Below, in pieces: positions 49,401 to 58,018 of a stretch of 64,000 bases of DNA. Source of the DNA: Armatimonadia bacterium (GTDB lineage: Bacteria > Armatimonadota > Zipacnadia > Zipacnadales > JABUFB01); assembly GCA_039679385.1 (NCBI GenBank), contig JBDKVB010000073.1, forward strand, positions 17,539 through 81,538. The letters run 5' to 3'. The translations under genes were made by a program, and so were the position numbers. Below the pieces are notes generated by a model. That model was not told the DNA's origin. It did no database searches and worked only from the letters and a program-made list of their open reading frames with translations. Each line of letters opens with the position of its first letter. The stretch's first letter is position 1.

Positions 49401-49575
49401 TGACGTGCTGCTGGTCAACCCCGCTGGTGGCGTCCTGAAGGCCGGCGAGTTTGAGCTCGAGGGACAGGGCGCTGCCCTGCGGTACCGAGGTGAGGCCCTG
49501 GAGAGTCTGGTCGTCGCCGGAGAGGCCAAGGTCCGCGTCAACGGCCGCCTGACCGCACCGACTGCCGGCAAGTAG
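46459..49575 (+). CDS. secreted heparinase II/III-like (alginate-lyase-superfamily) protein with N-terminal beta-sandwich and Zn-ribbon
   Basis: Signal peptide. C4 ribbon (CKACGG...CADCGK). Heparinase II/III-like (alpha/alpha)-toroid and C-terminal beta-sheet region with HGGGHGHPDKLSF. Confidence 0.65.
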   Translation: MVAHRTCSTLPPTAICSRPHPAHSAGASHLIALSLLSLAVVALLPLLPSRASAAPVTALLEDAEGKLKGWPGNAVVDPDASQGKASVCWTPDAHANAQSLNFDFAGRGVELSEWDRLVFDYKMPKSGCIWWGVKIVDFPLGDGMQATWQLTDPDATKPGVWHKAVIDLQHPTWLWGDKPDKTSQLIMFRCQMAEGKVTPILLDNLRLERDPFRIEKVERQEPVQEGDVLYSNYEVRLQNATDDQITVAVGLRHTDANLTAEAGLQEVVIPARSVRSVKAQLIAQLKGEKAASPLTALSTELFAQVKGMADTEKTAALTLAVPLGKLQHPFALLTKQDVPRILEAVQKSPEAKAVYDGLKQRADSWLTKAPQYPDRGGQWWHWYTCKACGGKLVTKSPTEHVCADCGKVYTGWPYDDVVLDRDHSALAGAIRDCGLMFTLTGNKAYAAKAREILMGYAERYLNYPLHDINGKPNKGGGHVGPQTLDESTWLIPVVQGFDCIYDTLSADDVKYLADKMLLPAAWLIHDHQWGIHNICCWHDSAYGLVGLALAEPTLAADAIAGPKGFHQQVEKGISDDGLWYEGAWGYHYYTMMALSPLAVAAHNIGIEMYSERYKRMYDAPLKFMAPKGELPAFHDSGTSNALGSGNLYEIAYARWQDPIHLLPVIQAGRKSLETLLYGVPLGAEPEFKLQSTVFPAAGWAILRSGDVGTSLADKHIPQNYLALDFGPHGGGHGHPDKLSFVFYGKDTLLAEDPGCIAYGNPAHQGWFRQTVSHNTVVVNGKSQQACTGETQFASFGDGIGIFSARADGAYPGVRLRRTVALIGDRLIDVFLCQATEGEATFDWCYHNRGAFESVLPLQAMTTGPTGDGYSWAKEWRQAEANQEWTAVWRGDKAPSVAFAQAAPDGSREVLAAIGMGNPTKIKVPFVVSRQKGKSALFCSAMQVFDGPDTPQLQVRVLPIGSFSGNAEEQPVAVEVTGNGMRDVLLVNPAGGVLKAGEFELEGQGAALRYRGEALESLVVAGEAKVRVNGRLTAPTAGK

Positions 49576-49686
49576 CCGCAGACACAGGCCAGTTGCTGCG
49601 CCCTGAGCACAGCCTTCCTACAGCCCGGCAGGGCCGCTCTTCCTGGCGGTCCTGCCGGCCATACCGGCATCTCCTGGGATACCGAC

Positions 49687-52020
49687 ATGGAGTTCCAGCT
49701 TACCGACCTCATCGATGGCCAGTACAAGGTTGTCGAGAAGCACCGCGGGGGAATGAGCCTCGTCTACATCGTCCTGGACGAGTTTTCCCAGAAGCGCTTC
49801 GCCATCAAGACCGTCAAAGAGGACTTCCTCGATGACCTCAGCGTCATCGACCGCTTCCACGAAGAAGCTCGCACGTGGATGAACATTGGCCGACACTTGC
49901 ACGTGGTCGAGGCGATCATCTACCGCAACATCGGCGGGCAGCCCTTCCTCTGGCTCGAGTACGTCGACGGCAGCGACCTGCAGAAGCTCATCGAACAGGA
50001 ACACCGCCTGCTTCCTACCCAGGTGGTCCTCTACGCCCTGCAGGTCTGCGAGGCCATGCAGTATGTCCACACCGCCCAGGTCCGCAGTCAACGTGGCGTG
50101 ATCCACCGAGACCTCAAACCCGCCAACATCATGCTCGACCGGCGGCTGGGTGTGAAGATCACGGACTTTGGCCTGGCCAAGCTCTACGGCGGCACCCGGG
50201 GACTCACAGACGCCGGTGTCGGGTTGGGCACCTACCTGTACATGCCGCCCGAGCAGTTCCTCGACGCCGCGACGGCCGATGCCACCTCCGACATCTTCTC
50301 CTTTGGCGCGTGCATGTACGCCGCGCTGACCGGTAAGCCGCCCGTCACTGGCGACACCATCGGCGCGGTCATCAACAGCATCCTCAGCAAGACCGCGCCA
50401 AGCCCGGAGAAGGTCTGCGACGAAGTCCCGGCAGAGCTGGCGCAGATCGTCATGTGGTGCCTCGCCAAGCCCCGAGAGCGTCGGTTCCCGAGCTTCGAGG
50501 CACTGGGTGGCGCCCTCGAAGCGGTCCTGCCCATCTGCAACGAGTCCTCGGCCGACACCGTCGTGCACAAATGTCAGGGCTGCGGCCATCTCACTCTGCA
50601 CGAGTACCGCGTCTGCCCCGTCTGCGCCAGTTACTTCGACGTCGGCAGTCTGCGGGACTTCCTGGCAAAGGGAGAGAGCCGCGAGACCCGCTCCGTGAGC
50701 GTACCCCAACCGACCGCAGCGCCACAGCCCGCTCAGGCGCCGGAAGCCGCACCGCCGCCGTCGTCCGAGCAAGCTCCCGCGGAGGCCGGTCCTACTGCCG
50801 CAGACCTGTACGCGCAGGCTCTCCAGCATCGGCAGGCTGGGCGGTCCCGTCAGGCACTCTCACTTCTGCGTGACGCGCTGACCCTCGATCCTTCCCACAA
50901 GGAGGCGCGCGCAGCCTTCGACGAGTTGGCGTTGCAGGTCGCTCGTGAGAAGACGCAGGCGGCCACCAAGGCCTACAACTGGGGGATGTTCCGCGGGAAC
51001 GTGACCCGCAGCGGCTACACCCCGGAGGCCATCGCACCACCTCTGCGCAGGGCGTGGCAGACCCGCGTCGGCGAGTGGATCATCGGCTCACCGGCAGTGG
51101 TCAACGGTGTGGTCTACGTCGGCGCGTATGTCGACAAGCCGGGGAGACATGGGCGGATGGCGGCCCTGCGTGCCCAGGACGGCGAGGCGCTGTGGACTGC
51201 CGACTTCGCCTATGAGATCGTCAGCAGCCCCCTGGTGTTCGAGGGACGCACGCTCTACTTCGGCTGCCAGAACAACCTTGTCGCCCTGGACGCAAAGACC
51301 GGGCGCCGGGTGTGGGAGTTCACGACTGCCGGTGAAGTAGTCGGCGGCCCGGGTGCCTGGAAGCGTGTCGTTTTCTTCGGTAGCTGCGACAGCCGCCTCT
51401 ACGGCATCCACCCGCAGAGCGGGCAACAGATGTGGGCCTTCTCCTCGCGCGGCGAGATCTTCTCCTCGCCTGCCTACTGGAACGGGGTAGTCTACGTCGG
51501 CTCCAGCGACCACCGGCTTTACGCCGTCAATGCAGCCTCCGGGCGCGGCGTGTGGGAGTTTGTCAGTGGAGGCGAGATCGCGGGCTCGCCGGCCTACGCC
51601 AACGAGCGCGTCTACTTCGGTTCGACCGATCGCCGCGTATACTGCCTCGATGCACAGACCGGCCAGAAGCTCTGGGAGTACCAGACCGAAGCCGAGATCC
51701 ACAGCTCGCCTGCGGTGTGGGGCGAGTGCCTCTACGTGGGCTCGCGCGACCACTTCCTCTACGCTCTGGACTCGCGCACCGGCGAACTGCGCTGGCGTTT
51801 TGCTACCGGCGACTGGGTACATAGCTCCCCGGTCATCAGCGGCAACATCGTCTACTGCGGCTCGCACGACAAGAAGCTCTACGCGGTCGAAGCCGAGAGC
51901 GGCGTTCTGGTCTGGGAGTACCAAACTGCCGGCGAGGTCCAGGCCTCACCGGCAGTCTCAGCGGGAGCCGTCTACGCTGCTTCCAACGACGGCAACGTCT
52001 ACTGCTTCACCGCACGCTAG
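49687..52020 (+). CDS. Hanks-type Ser/Thr protein kinase fused to a PQQ-repeat beta-propeller
   Basis: Kinase subdomains (AIK, HRDLKPANIML, DFGLAK, PPE), Zn-ribbon CQGCGH...CPVCAS, a Pro-rich linker, and then about 8 PQQ/BamB-like repeats (GxVYxGSxDxxLYAxDAxTG). Confidence 0.85.
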   Translation: MEFQLTDLIDGQYKVVEKHRGGMSLVYIVLDEFSQKRFAIKTVKEDFLDDLSVIDRFHEEARTWMNIGRHLHVVEAIIYRNIGGQPFLWLEYVDGSDLQKLIEQEHRLLPTQVVLYALQVCEAMQYVHTAQVRSQRGVIHRDLKPANIMLDRRLGVKITDFGLAKLYGGTRGLTDAGVGLGTYLYMPPEQFLDAATADATSDIFSFGACMYAALTGKPPVTGDTIGAVINSILSKTAPSPEKVCDEVPAELAQIVMWCLAKPRERRFPSFEALGGALEAVLPICNESSADTVVHKCQGCGHLTLHEYRVCPVCASYFDVGSLRDFLAKGESRETRSVSVPQPTAAPQPAQAPEAAPPPSSEQAPAEAGPTAADLYAQALQHRQAGRSRQALSLLRDALTLDPSHKEARAAFDELALQVAREKTQAATKAYNWGMFRGNVTRSGYTPEAIAPPLRRAWQTRVGEWIIGSPAVVNGVVYVGAYVDKPGRHGRMAALRAQDGEALWTADFAYEIVSSPLVFEGRTLYFGCQNNLVALDAKTGRRVWEFTTAGEVVGGPGAWKRVVFFGSCDSRLYGIHPQSGQQMWAFSSRGEIFSSPAYWNGVVYVGSSDHRLYAVNAASGRGVWEFVSGGEIAGSPAYANERVYFGSTDRRVYCLDAQTGQKLWEYQTEAEIHSSPAVWGECLYVGSRDHFLYALDSRTGELRWRFATGDWVHSSPVISGNIVYCGSHDKKLYAVEAESGVLVWEYQTAGEVQASPAVSAGAVYAASNDGNVYCFTAR

Positions 52021-52047
52021 CCTTCGCCTCACGGCCTGGCCTCACCA

Positions 52048-53553
52048 TCAGGCTTCCTCCCGGCGCGTCTCCGGTAGCTGTCGCAAGGCCGCCTCTCTGA
52101 CCTGCTGCTCAGCCCCCACACGCAACCCCAGAAAGAGCAAGGCGGTCAGCAGACTGCACGCCACAGCTATGAGCGTTGCTGGCCCGAAGTCGCTGGCTCC
52201 CTCTCCTGCAACTGCGGTGTACACTCCTACCGGTGCGCTGACACTCATTACCGCCAGTGCCAGATGCGTGTTCTCTAGCGTCAGCCCCGCCAGACTTCCC
52301 ACCGGTACCGGCATCACCCACACGAGGAACAGAAACAGCGCGATGTAGGTCTGTCCCCCCTTCGGGAACCGCAGCAGGAAGTACTGGTGCGCACAGGCGA
52401 AGGTGCCCAGCGCGGCGACAGCCACCAGCACCCCAAGCAGAGCGCGTGTCGGCGCTGGCCCCTGCGGCGCCGGAAAGCAGGCCAGGACGAACACGCCACA
52501 GAGAGCCAGGATCACCGTGAAGGCCCACATGGGGGCCCAGTTCACAGAAAGGTCGCTCCACACAGGCACCGAGGAAAGCCCCAGCTTCCTGGCTCTGCGC
52601 ACCCCATTTGCGGTCTGGCCAGCCGTCGGTGTCACTGCGACCGTGAGCATCAGTGCGGCCAGAAGGCCACCGTACAGGGCCCCGAGGAGTGGGAGCGTCT
52701 TCTCAAGGAGGTCCGTGCTCTCCAGCCCATGGCCGAACCCGTGGCCCAGGGCGAGGAAGGCGATGAACCCCACAAAGACCACTGCCGTTGGCTTGGAGTA
52801 CACCATTGCGTACTCACTGCGCACCTTACGCACCGCAGCCACGAGCATCAGCAGCGCGAGAGGCACCTGGTGGATCAGGGAAAGGACCAGCGGGGGAATG
52901 CGCCCCCCGAAGAAGTACAGCTCGCGCACAAAGTGTGACTCGGGGTCGAAGGCTGCGGCTATCGACGGCACGGGCGTCAGGAGCCCCAGGGGCGTCTGAA
53001 TGCCCACAAGAGCGAGAATCACCACGACCCCGACCGCCCAATTACTGGCACTCCGTGGCTTCTTCGACAGACACCCGGCCATCGCCGCCAGAGAGTGGTA
53101 CAGAAGGGCACAGGAGGCCATCGCGACGAGGCTGACCACGAAGCCATCGATCCCCGGCTTCCCCGCCAGCGAGGCATAGAGTAGGAAGGGCAAGGTGCAG
53201 GCGAACAGCACCCACTCCCGCACCGAGGCGCCCAGGACGAAACCCACAGCCGTTGCCAGCGAGGTCTGGGGAGAGATGCGGTGCAGGTCGAGCATCCCGC
53301 TGTCGCGGGACTGGGCCACCGCCATCGCCACCTCATTCGTGCCGATCAGCAGAAGCAAGATCCCCTGCACGACCAGCAGCGCAGTGAACCCTCCACCGTC
53401 TTTCATCAGATCGGCCGCGTAGGACCACCACATCAGACAACCGCAGATCACCACCACGGCCAGGATCGCCGGCAGTGTCTGCTGCGAGCGAAGCCGTGAG
53501 CGTCGGAAACGCACGAACAGCGGGTTCTCCCAGAAGACGATCTCTTCAGCCAT
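52048..53553 (-). CDS. ABC-2-type exporter permease (polytopic)
   Basis: About 12 predicted TM helices. Start ATG abuts the ATPase stop. Confidence 0.65.
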   Translation of the reverse strand: MAEEIVFWENPLFVRFRRSRLRSQQTLPAILAVVVICGCLMWWSYAADLMKDGGGFTALLVVQGILLLLIGTNEVAMAVAQSRDSGMLDLHRISPQTSLATAVGFVLGASVREWVLFACTLPFLLYASLAGKPGIDGFVVSLVAMASCALLYHSLAAMAGCLSKKPRSASNWAVGVVVILALVGIQTPLGLLTPVPSIAAAFDPESHFVRELYFFGGRIPPLVLSLIHQVPLALLMLVAAVRKVRSEYAMVYSKPTAVVFVGFIAFLALGHGFGHGLESTDLLEKTLPLLGALYGGLLAALMLTVAVTPTAGQTANGVRRARKLGLSSVPVWSDLSVNWAPMWAFTVILALCGVFVLACFPAPQGPAPTRALLGVLVAVAALGTFACAHQYFLLRFPKGGQTYIALFLFLVWVMPVPVGSLAGLTLENTHLALAVMSVSAPVGVYTAVAGEGASDFGPATLIAVACSLLTALLFLGLRVGAEQQVREAALRQLPETRREEA

Positions 53554-54477
53554 CTAGGACACCTCCCTCGCGCCGACCTTGAGGAACACAGCCTCCAGGT
53601 CTTCGTGTCGTCTGACGAAGGAGGAGACCCGAACCCCTCCCTGAACGAGCTCAGCCAGGACGCCACTCATCTCCTCCGGCCCACCATCCAGCAGGAACCG
53701 AAAGGTGTCGCCCTCGCGTGCAACCGCATGCACACCGGTCTGTGAGCTGAGGATGCCCTCGACCAGATCCGCGCCGCTGAAGACCTCCATCTCGATCTGG
53801 CCCTGCCCGAACACCCGGGTCGTGATGTCCTCGACTCGACCGCTCATCACTAGGCTTCCGCGCTCCATGATCCCCACGGAGGTGCAGAACTCAGACAGCT
53901 CCGGGAGAATGTGCGAGGAGATGATCACGATCTTGCCGTCAGAGCCCAACTGCCGGAGGATCTCCTTCAGCAGGGCGCGTCCATAGGGGTCTACCCCACT
54001 CGCCGGTTCGTCCAGCAGCAGAATCCGTGGCTCGGGGAGCAAGGTTCGAGCCAGCATCAGCCGCTGCTTCATCCCGCGCGAGAGCTGCCCGGTGTACTCA
54101 CCGCGCTTGCCGGCCAGGTCCACGAGCTCCAGGTAGTGGGTGATCCTCTCGCCACGCTCGGTCTCGGGAACCAGGTAACTTGAGGCGAACAGATCGAGGT
54201 ACTCCCAGACGGTGAGGTCCTCGTACACCGGAGCGGAATCGGGCATGAACCCGATCGCTTGCACCGCCTTCTCGCGATCATGGTCCATGTCGACGCCGTC
54301 GATGATGATGTCCCCGTAGGTCTTCTCCACCAGCCCCACCAGGGCACGCAAGGTCGAGGTCTTCCCCGCCCCGTTCGGACCGATCAGCCCATAGATCTCT
54401 CCCGGACCCAGCTCCAGACAGAGGTCTCTGACAGCACAGACTTCATCATAGTCTACTCTCAGATTGCGCACTTGTAT
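53554..54477 (-). CDS. ABC transporter ATP-binding protein
   Basis: Walker A GPNGAGKTS, signature LSRGMKQRL, Walker B LLLDEPASGVD. GGAGG SD before ATG 54477. Confidence 0.9.
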   Translation of the reverse strand: MQVRNLRVDYDEVCAVRDLCLELGPGEIYGLIGPNGAGKTSTLRALVGLVEKTYGDIIIDGVDMDHDREKAVQAIGFMPDSAPVYEDLTVWEYLDLFASSYLVPETERGERITHYLELVDLAGKRGEYTGQLSRGMKQRLMLARTLLPEPRILLLDEPASGVDPYGRALLKEILRQLGSDGKIVIISSHILPELSEFCTSVGIMERGSLVMSGRVEDITTRVFGQGQIEMEVFSGADLVEGILSSQTGVHAVAREGDTFRFLLDGGPEEMSGVLAELVQGGVRVSSFVRRHEDLEAVFLKVGAREVS

Positions 54478-54662
54478 CATTGATAAGGCCTCCACGCTCC
54501 ACATCTCTGACAAGCCGACCTGAGTGTGGTGCTTTTCGCCAACTACGCGACGATGTCCTGCAAGGCCAGGGGGCATTCCCTACGCTTTCGCCCGCCTGCC
54601 AGACAGGACTCTGGGGAGTCGCACGGCCTCTGCGACTACAGAGCTCTTTCTGCTCGAAGCAC

Positions 54663-54705
54663 TTGACTTGCCTCGTTGGAATCAGTATACTTGTCTCGAT
54701 ACAAG
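54663..54705 (+). promoter_or_regulatory. sigma70-like promoter TTGACT-17-TATACT overlapped by a TTGT-N6-ACAA palindrome (candidate Rex operator)
   Basis: -35 at 54663-54668 and -10 at 54686-54691. Imperfect palindrome CTTGTCTCGATACAAG at 54690-54705, about 125 nt upstream of rex. Confidence 0.3.
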
Positions 54706-54831
54706 AAACTCGATAATTGTTGCTCGATTAACCAGAAAGCAACTCCAGAGGGCAAGTCCTTCCCAACCGAGATCTACCCGGACTTGACCGATGCCGAAGG
54801 CACAAGACGCCCACGCGAGGAGGGCACTCAC

Positions 54832-55518
54832 ATGCTCAAAGACCAGCTACAGACCGTTCCAGTGCCGACGCTGCGCAGACTGCCGTCCTATCTGCAGTTC
54901 CTGCGCAGGCTTCAGGCGACGGGTCGCGATGTGGTCTCCTGCACTCACATTGCCGACGACCTGCACCTCGATCCGACCCAGGTGCGTAAGGACTTGCAGA
55001 CGACCGGCATCGTCGGCAAGCCCCGGGTCGGCTACTACCTGCCCGCACTCATCGAGGCCATTGAAAGCCTCTTGGGCTGGAACAACACCACGGAGGCCTT
55101 CCTGGTGGGCGTCGGCAGTCTCGGCACTGCCCTGATGGGCTACGGTGGGTTCAAAGAGTCCGGGCTCGAGGTCCTGGCCGGGTTCGACGTGGATCCTGCC
55201 AAAGTCGGCACCGAAGTCCACGGCAAGCAGATCCTCCACTTGGACAGGCTCCCCGATCTGGCCGCCCGGATGCACATCCATCTGGGCATCATCACTGCAC
55301 CGGCCGAGTGTGCCCAGGATATTGCCCAGCTGATGGTGCTGAGCGGCATCCGTGCCATATGGAACTTCGCCCCGACGACCCTTGAGGTCCCCGAGGGAGT
55401 CATTCTCGAGAACGTAACACTCGCCGCAAGCCTGGCCGTGTTGTCCAGCAAGCTCACCGCCATGCTGCGTGCCGAAGAGCAGGGAGGCGTCACCAATGCG
55501 TCAACCACAGTCCGATAG
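54832..55518 (+). CDS. rex: redox-sensing transcriptional repressor Rex
   Basis: Winged-helix N-terminus (PTLRRLPSYLQFLRRL) and Rossmann NADH-binding region (FLVGVGSLGTALMGY). GAGGAGGG SD. Confidence 0.85.
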   Translation: MLKDQLQTVPVPTLRRLPSYLQFLRRLQATGRDVVSCTHIADDLHLDPTQVRKDLQTTGIVGKPRVGYYLPALIEAIESLLGWNNTTEAFLVGVGSLGTALMGYGGFKESGLEVLAGFDVDPAKVGTEVHGKQILHLDRLPDLAARMHIHLGIITAPAECAQDIAQLMVLSGIRAIWNFAPTTLEVPEGVILENVTLAASLAVLSSKLTAMLRAEEQGGVTNASTTVR

Positions 55519-56014
55519 CTCGCCGTTGGCGGCCCGTCAGTTCGCCAAGGTCTGCGAGATCCTCGACCGCCACGAGCGAGACGCAGCGAAGCTGATCCCC
55601 ATCCTCCAGGAGGTGCAGGAAGAGTACCGGTACCTGCCTGAGGAGGTCCTGACCTACGTGGCCACGTCCCTCGGACTGCCGCCTGCCAAGGTCTACGGCG
55701 TCGCCACCTTCTATGCCCACTTCACGCTGGAGGCCAAGGGCAAGTACGTCATTCGCGTGTGTGACGGAACCGCCTGTCACGTGAAGCGCTCCATCCCGAT
55801 CCTGGAAGCGGTTCGCAAGCGTCTGGGAATGGACGAGGAGCGCAAGACCACCAGCGACATGCTCTTCACCCTTGAGACGGTCTCTTGCCTGGGTGCCTGC
55901 GGTCTGGCTCCCGTCATGGTGATCAACGATGAGGTCCACGGTCAGATGACCCCTGACAAGGCCGTCGCCCTCGTGGAAGAGATCATTGCGAGAGAGGGAG
56001 ACAGCAATGAGTAA
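55496..56014 (+). CDS. hydC: NADH-dependent [FeFe]-hydrogenase subunit, NuoE-like 2Fe-2S (HydC)
   Basis: Thioredoxin-like [2Fe-2S] ligands CDGTACHVK...CLGACGLAP. AGGGAGG SD. Start overlaps the rex 3' end. Confidence 0.85.
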   Translation: MRQPQSDSSPLAARQFAKVCEILDRHERDAAKLIPILQEVQEEYRYLPEEVLTYVATSLGLPPAKVYGVATFYAHFTLEAKGKYVIRVCDGTACHVKRSIPILEAVRKRLGMDEERKTTSDMLFTLETVSCLGACGLAPVMVINDEVHGQMTPDKAVALVEEIIAREGDSNE

Positions 56015-57908
56015 CAGTGCCATCCAGACTCTTGACCTCGACAAAACCGCCGAGCAGTTCGGCGAGATGATGGAGCAGACCGACAAGCGCGTGATCATCT
56101 GCGCAGGCACCGGCTGCATCGCCAATGGATCACTGAAGGTCTATGACGCCTTCCTCAAGGAGATCGAGCAGGAGGGCCTCAAGGCCGTTGTCCAGCTCAA
56201 GGAAGAGGAGGAGCAGGAGGGCATCTACGTCTCCAAGAGCGGATGCCAGGGCTTCTGCCAGATGGGTCCGCTCGTATGGGTGGAGCCGGCTGGTGTCCTG
56301 TACGTCAAGGTCACTCCCACCGATGTCCCCGACATTGTAGGAGCTACCCTCAAGCATGGCGTGGTCCTCGAGCACCTCCTGTACACAGAGCCGGCCTCCG
56401 GTGCGCGCGCCAAGAACGCCCAGGAGATCCACTTCTACCAGCGCCAGTCGCGCACGGTCCTCAAGGAATGCGGGCACATCGACCCAGAGGACATCCGCGA
56501 GTACATCTCTCACGGTGGCTACTTCGCAGCTCGCAAGGTCTTCACCGAGATGACACCGGAGACCGTCTGCGAGGAAATGCTCCACGCCGGTCTGCGTGGT
56601 CGTGGTGGTGGCGGGTTCCCCACCGGCAGGAAATGGGACCTCACGCGCATTGAGCCCGAGGGCAAGAAGTACGTCATCTGCAACGGCGACGAGGGTGACC
56701 CCGGGGCCTTCATGGACCGCAGCGTCATGGAGGGCAATCCCCACAGCGTGCTTGAGGGCATGGTGATCGCCGCCCGAGCCATCGGCGCTGACGAGGGTTT
56801 CCTCTACGTGCGCGCGGAGTACCCACTGGCTGTGAAGCGCCTGCGCAAGGCCGTGGCGGATGCGGAGAGCGTCGGCATACTCGGCGACAACGTCTTCGGG
56901 AGTGGGCTCTCGCTGCACCTGCATGTGATGGAGGGTGCCGGCGCCTTCGTCTGTGGCGAGGAGACCGCCATGATCGCCTCCATCGAGGGTAACCGAGGCA
57001 TGCCTGCACCGAAGCCGCCCTACCCCGCTCAGAAGGGTCTGTGGGGCAAGCCGACGGTCATCAATAACGTAGAGACGCTTGCCACCGTCCCGCTGATCTT
57101 CCGCATGGGCGCCGCCAGGTTCCGCTCCATCGGCACCGAGGGATCGCCGGGCACGAAGACCTTCGCTCTCACCGGCCACGTCGCCAACACCGGCCTGATT
57201 GAGGTTCCCTTCGGCGCGTCCTTGCGCGAGATCGTCTACAACATCGGCGGCGGCGTCACCGACAACCAGGGCAACCTCACCGGCGACGGGTTCAAGGCCG
57301 TTCAGATCGGTGGCCCCTCCGGCGGTTGTCTGACGGAGGAGTTCCTTGACCTGCCCCTTGACTACGATTCCATCAAGACGGCCGGTGCCATGGTCGGCTC
57401 CGGCGGTCTGGTGGTCATGAACAAGCAGACCTGCATCGTTCGCATCGCTCGCTTCTTCATGCAGTTCACCCAGAACGAGTCCTGCGGCAAGTGCGTGCTG
57501 TGTCGTGAGGGCACCAAGCAGATGCTCGCCCTCCTGGACGACATCATCGAGGGCCGTGCCGACGAGGGAACCCTCGAGCTCCTCGAGACTCTGGCCAAGA
57601 CTGTCCAGAAGGGTTCTCTCTGCGGGCTTGGCAAGACCGCGCCGAATCCTGTCCTGTCCACGCTGCGCTACTTCCGCCCCGAATACGAGGCGCATGTGTT
57701 CCAGAAGCGCTGCCCGACCGGCGAGTGCAAGGCCCTCACGCCGCCCAAGATCGACCCTGAGAAGTGCCGTGGCTGCGGTCTGTGCGCACGAGTCTGCCCG
57801 GCTGAGGCGATCTTCGGCGAGAAGAAGCAGGCGCATCACATCGATCCGGAGCTGTGCATCAAGTGCCGAGCCTGCGTGTCAACCTGCAAGTTCGGGGCGA
57901 TCGCCTAG
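56007..57908 (+). CDS. hydB: NADH-dependent [FeFe]-hydrogenase subunit, NuoF-like flavoprotein (HydB)
   Basis: NADH/FMN motifs (GLRGRGGGGFPTGRKW), SLBB, a NuoF 4Fe-4S site, and two C-terminal ferredoxin CxxCxxCxxxCP clusters. Confidence 0.9.
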   Translation: MSNSAIQTLDLDKTAEQFGEMMEQTDKRVIICAGTGCIANGSLKVYDAFLKEIEQEGLKAVVQLKEEEEQEGIYVSKSGCQGFCQMGPLVWVEPAGVLYVKVTPTDVPDIVGATLKHGVVLEHLLYTEPASGARAKNAQEIHFYQRQSRTVLKECGHIDPEDIREYISHGGYFAARKVFTEMTPETVCEEMLHAGLRGRGGGGFPTGRKWDLTRIEPEGKKYVICNGDEGDPGAFMDRSVMEGNPHSVLEGMVIAARAIGADEGFLYVRAEYPLAVKRLRKAVADAESVGILGDNVFGSGLSLHLHVMEGAGAFVCGEETAMIASIEGNRGMPAPKPPYPAQKGLWGKPTVINNVETLATVPLIFRMGAARFRSIGTEGSPGTKTFALTGHVANTGLIEVPFGASLREIVYNIGGGVTDNQGNLTGDGFKAVQIGGPSGGCLTEEFLDLPLDYDSIKTAGAMVGSGGLVVMNKQTCIVRIARFFMQFTQNESCGKCVLCREGTKQMLALLDDIIEGRADEGTLELLETLAKTVQKGSLCGLGKTAPNPVLSTLRYFRPEYEAHVFQKRCPTGECKALTPPKIDPEKCRGCGLCARVCPAEAIFGEKKQAHHIDPELCIKCRACVSTCKFGAIA

Positions 57909-58018
57909 CACCACGGTTCGGGTCGGCTGAGGCTGCCGTGCACCGCGGCTCTCGCTTCCTAGGACGACGCAAGGTGCACGCCCAAACCTGAGAGCACGCG
58001 ACACTGGGAGTGTAAAGG

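Noticed and set aside
54676-54831. 52-aa N-terminal extension of rex from ATG 54676
   Set aside because: It would place the promoter and palindrome inside the coding sequence. Rex orthologues begin at the winged-helix sequence, and the ATG at 54832 has a GAGGAGGG SD.
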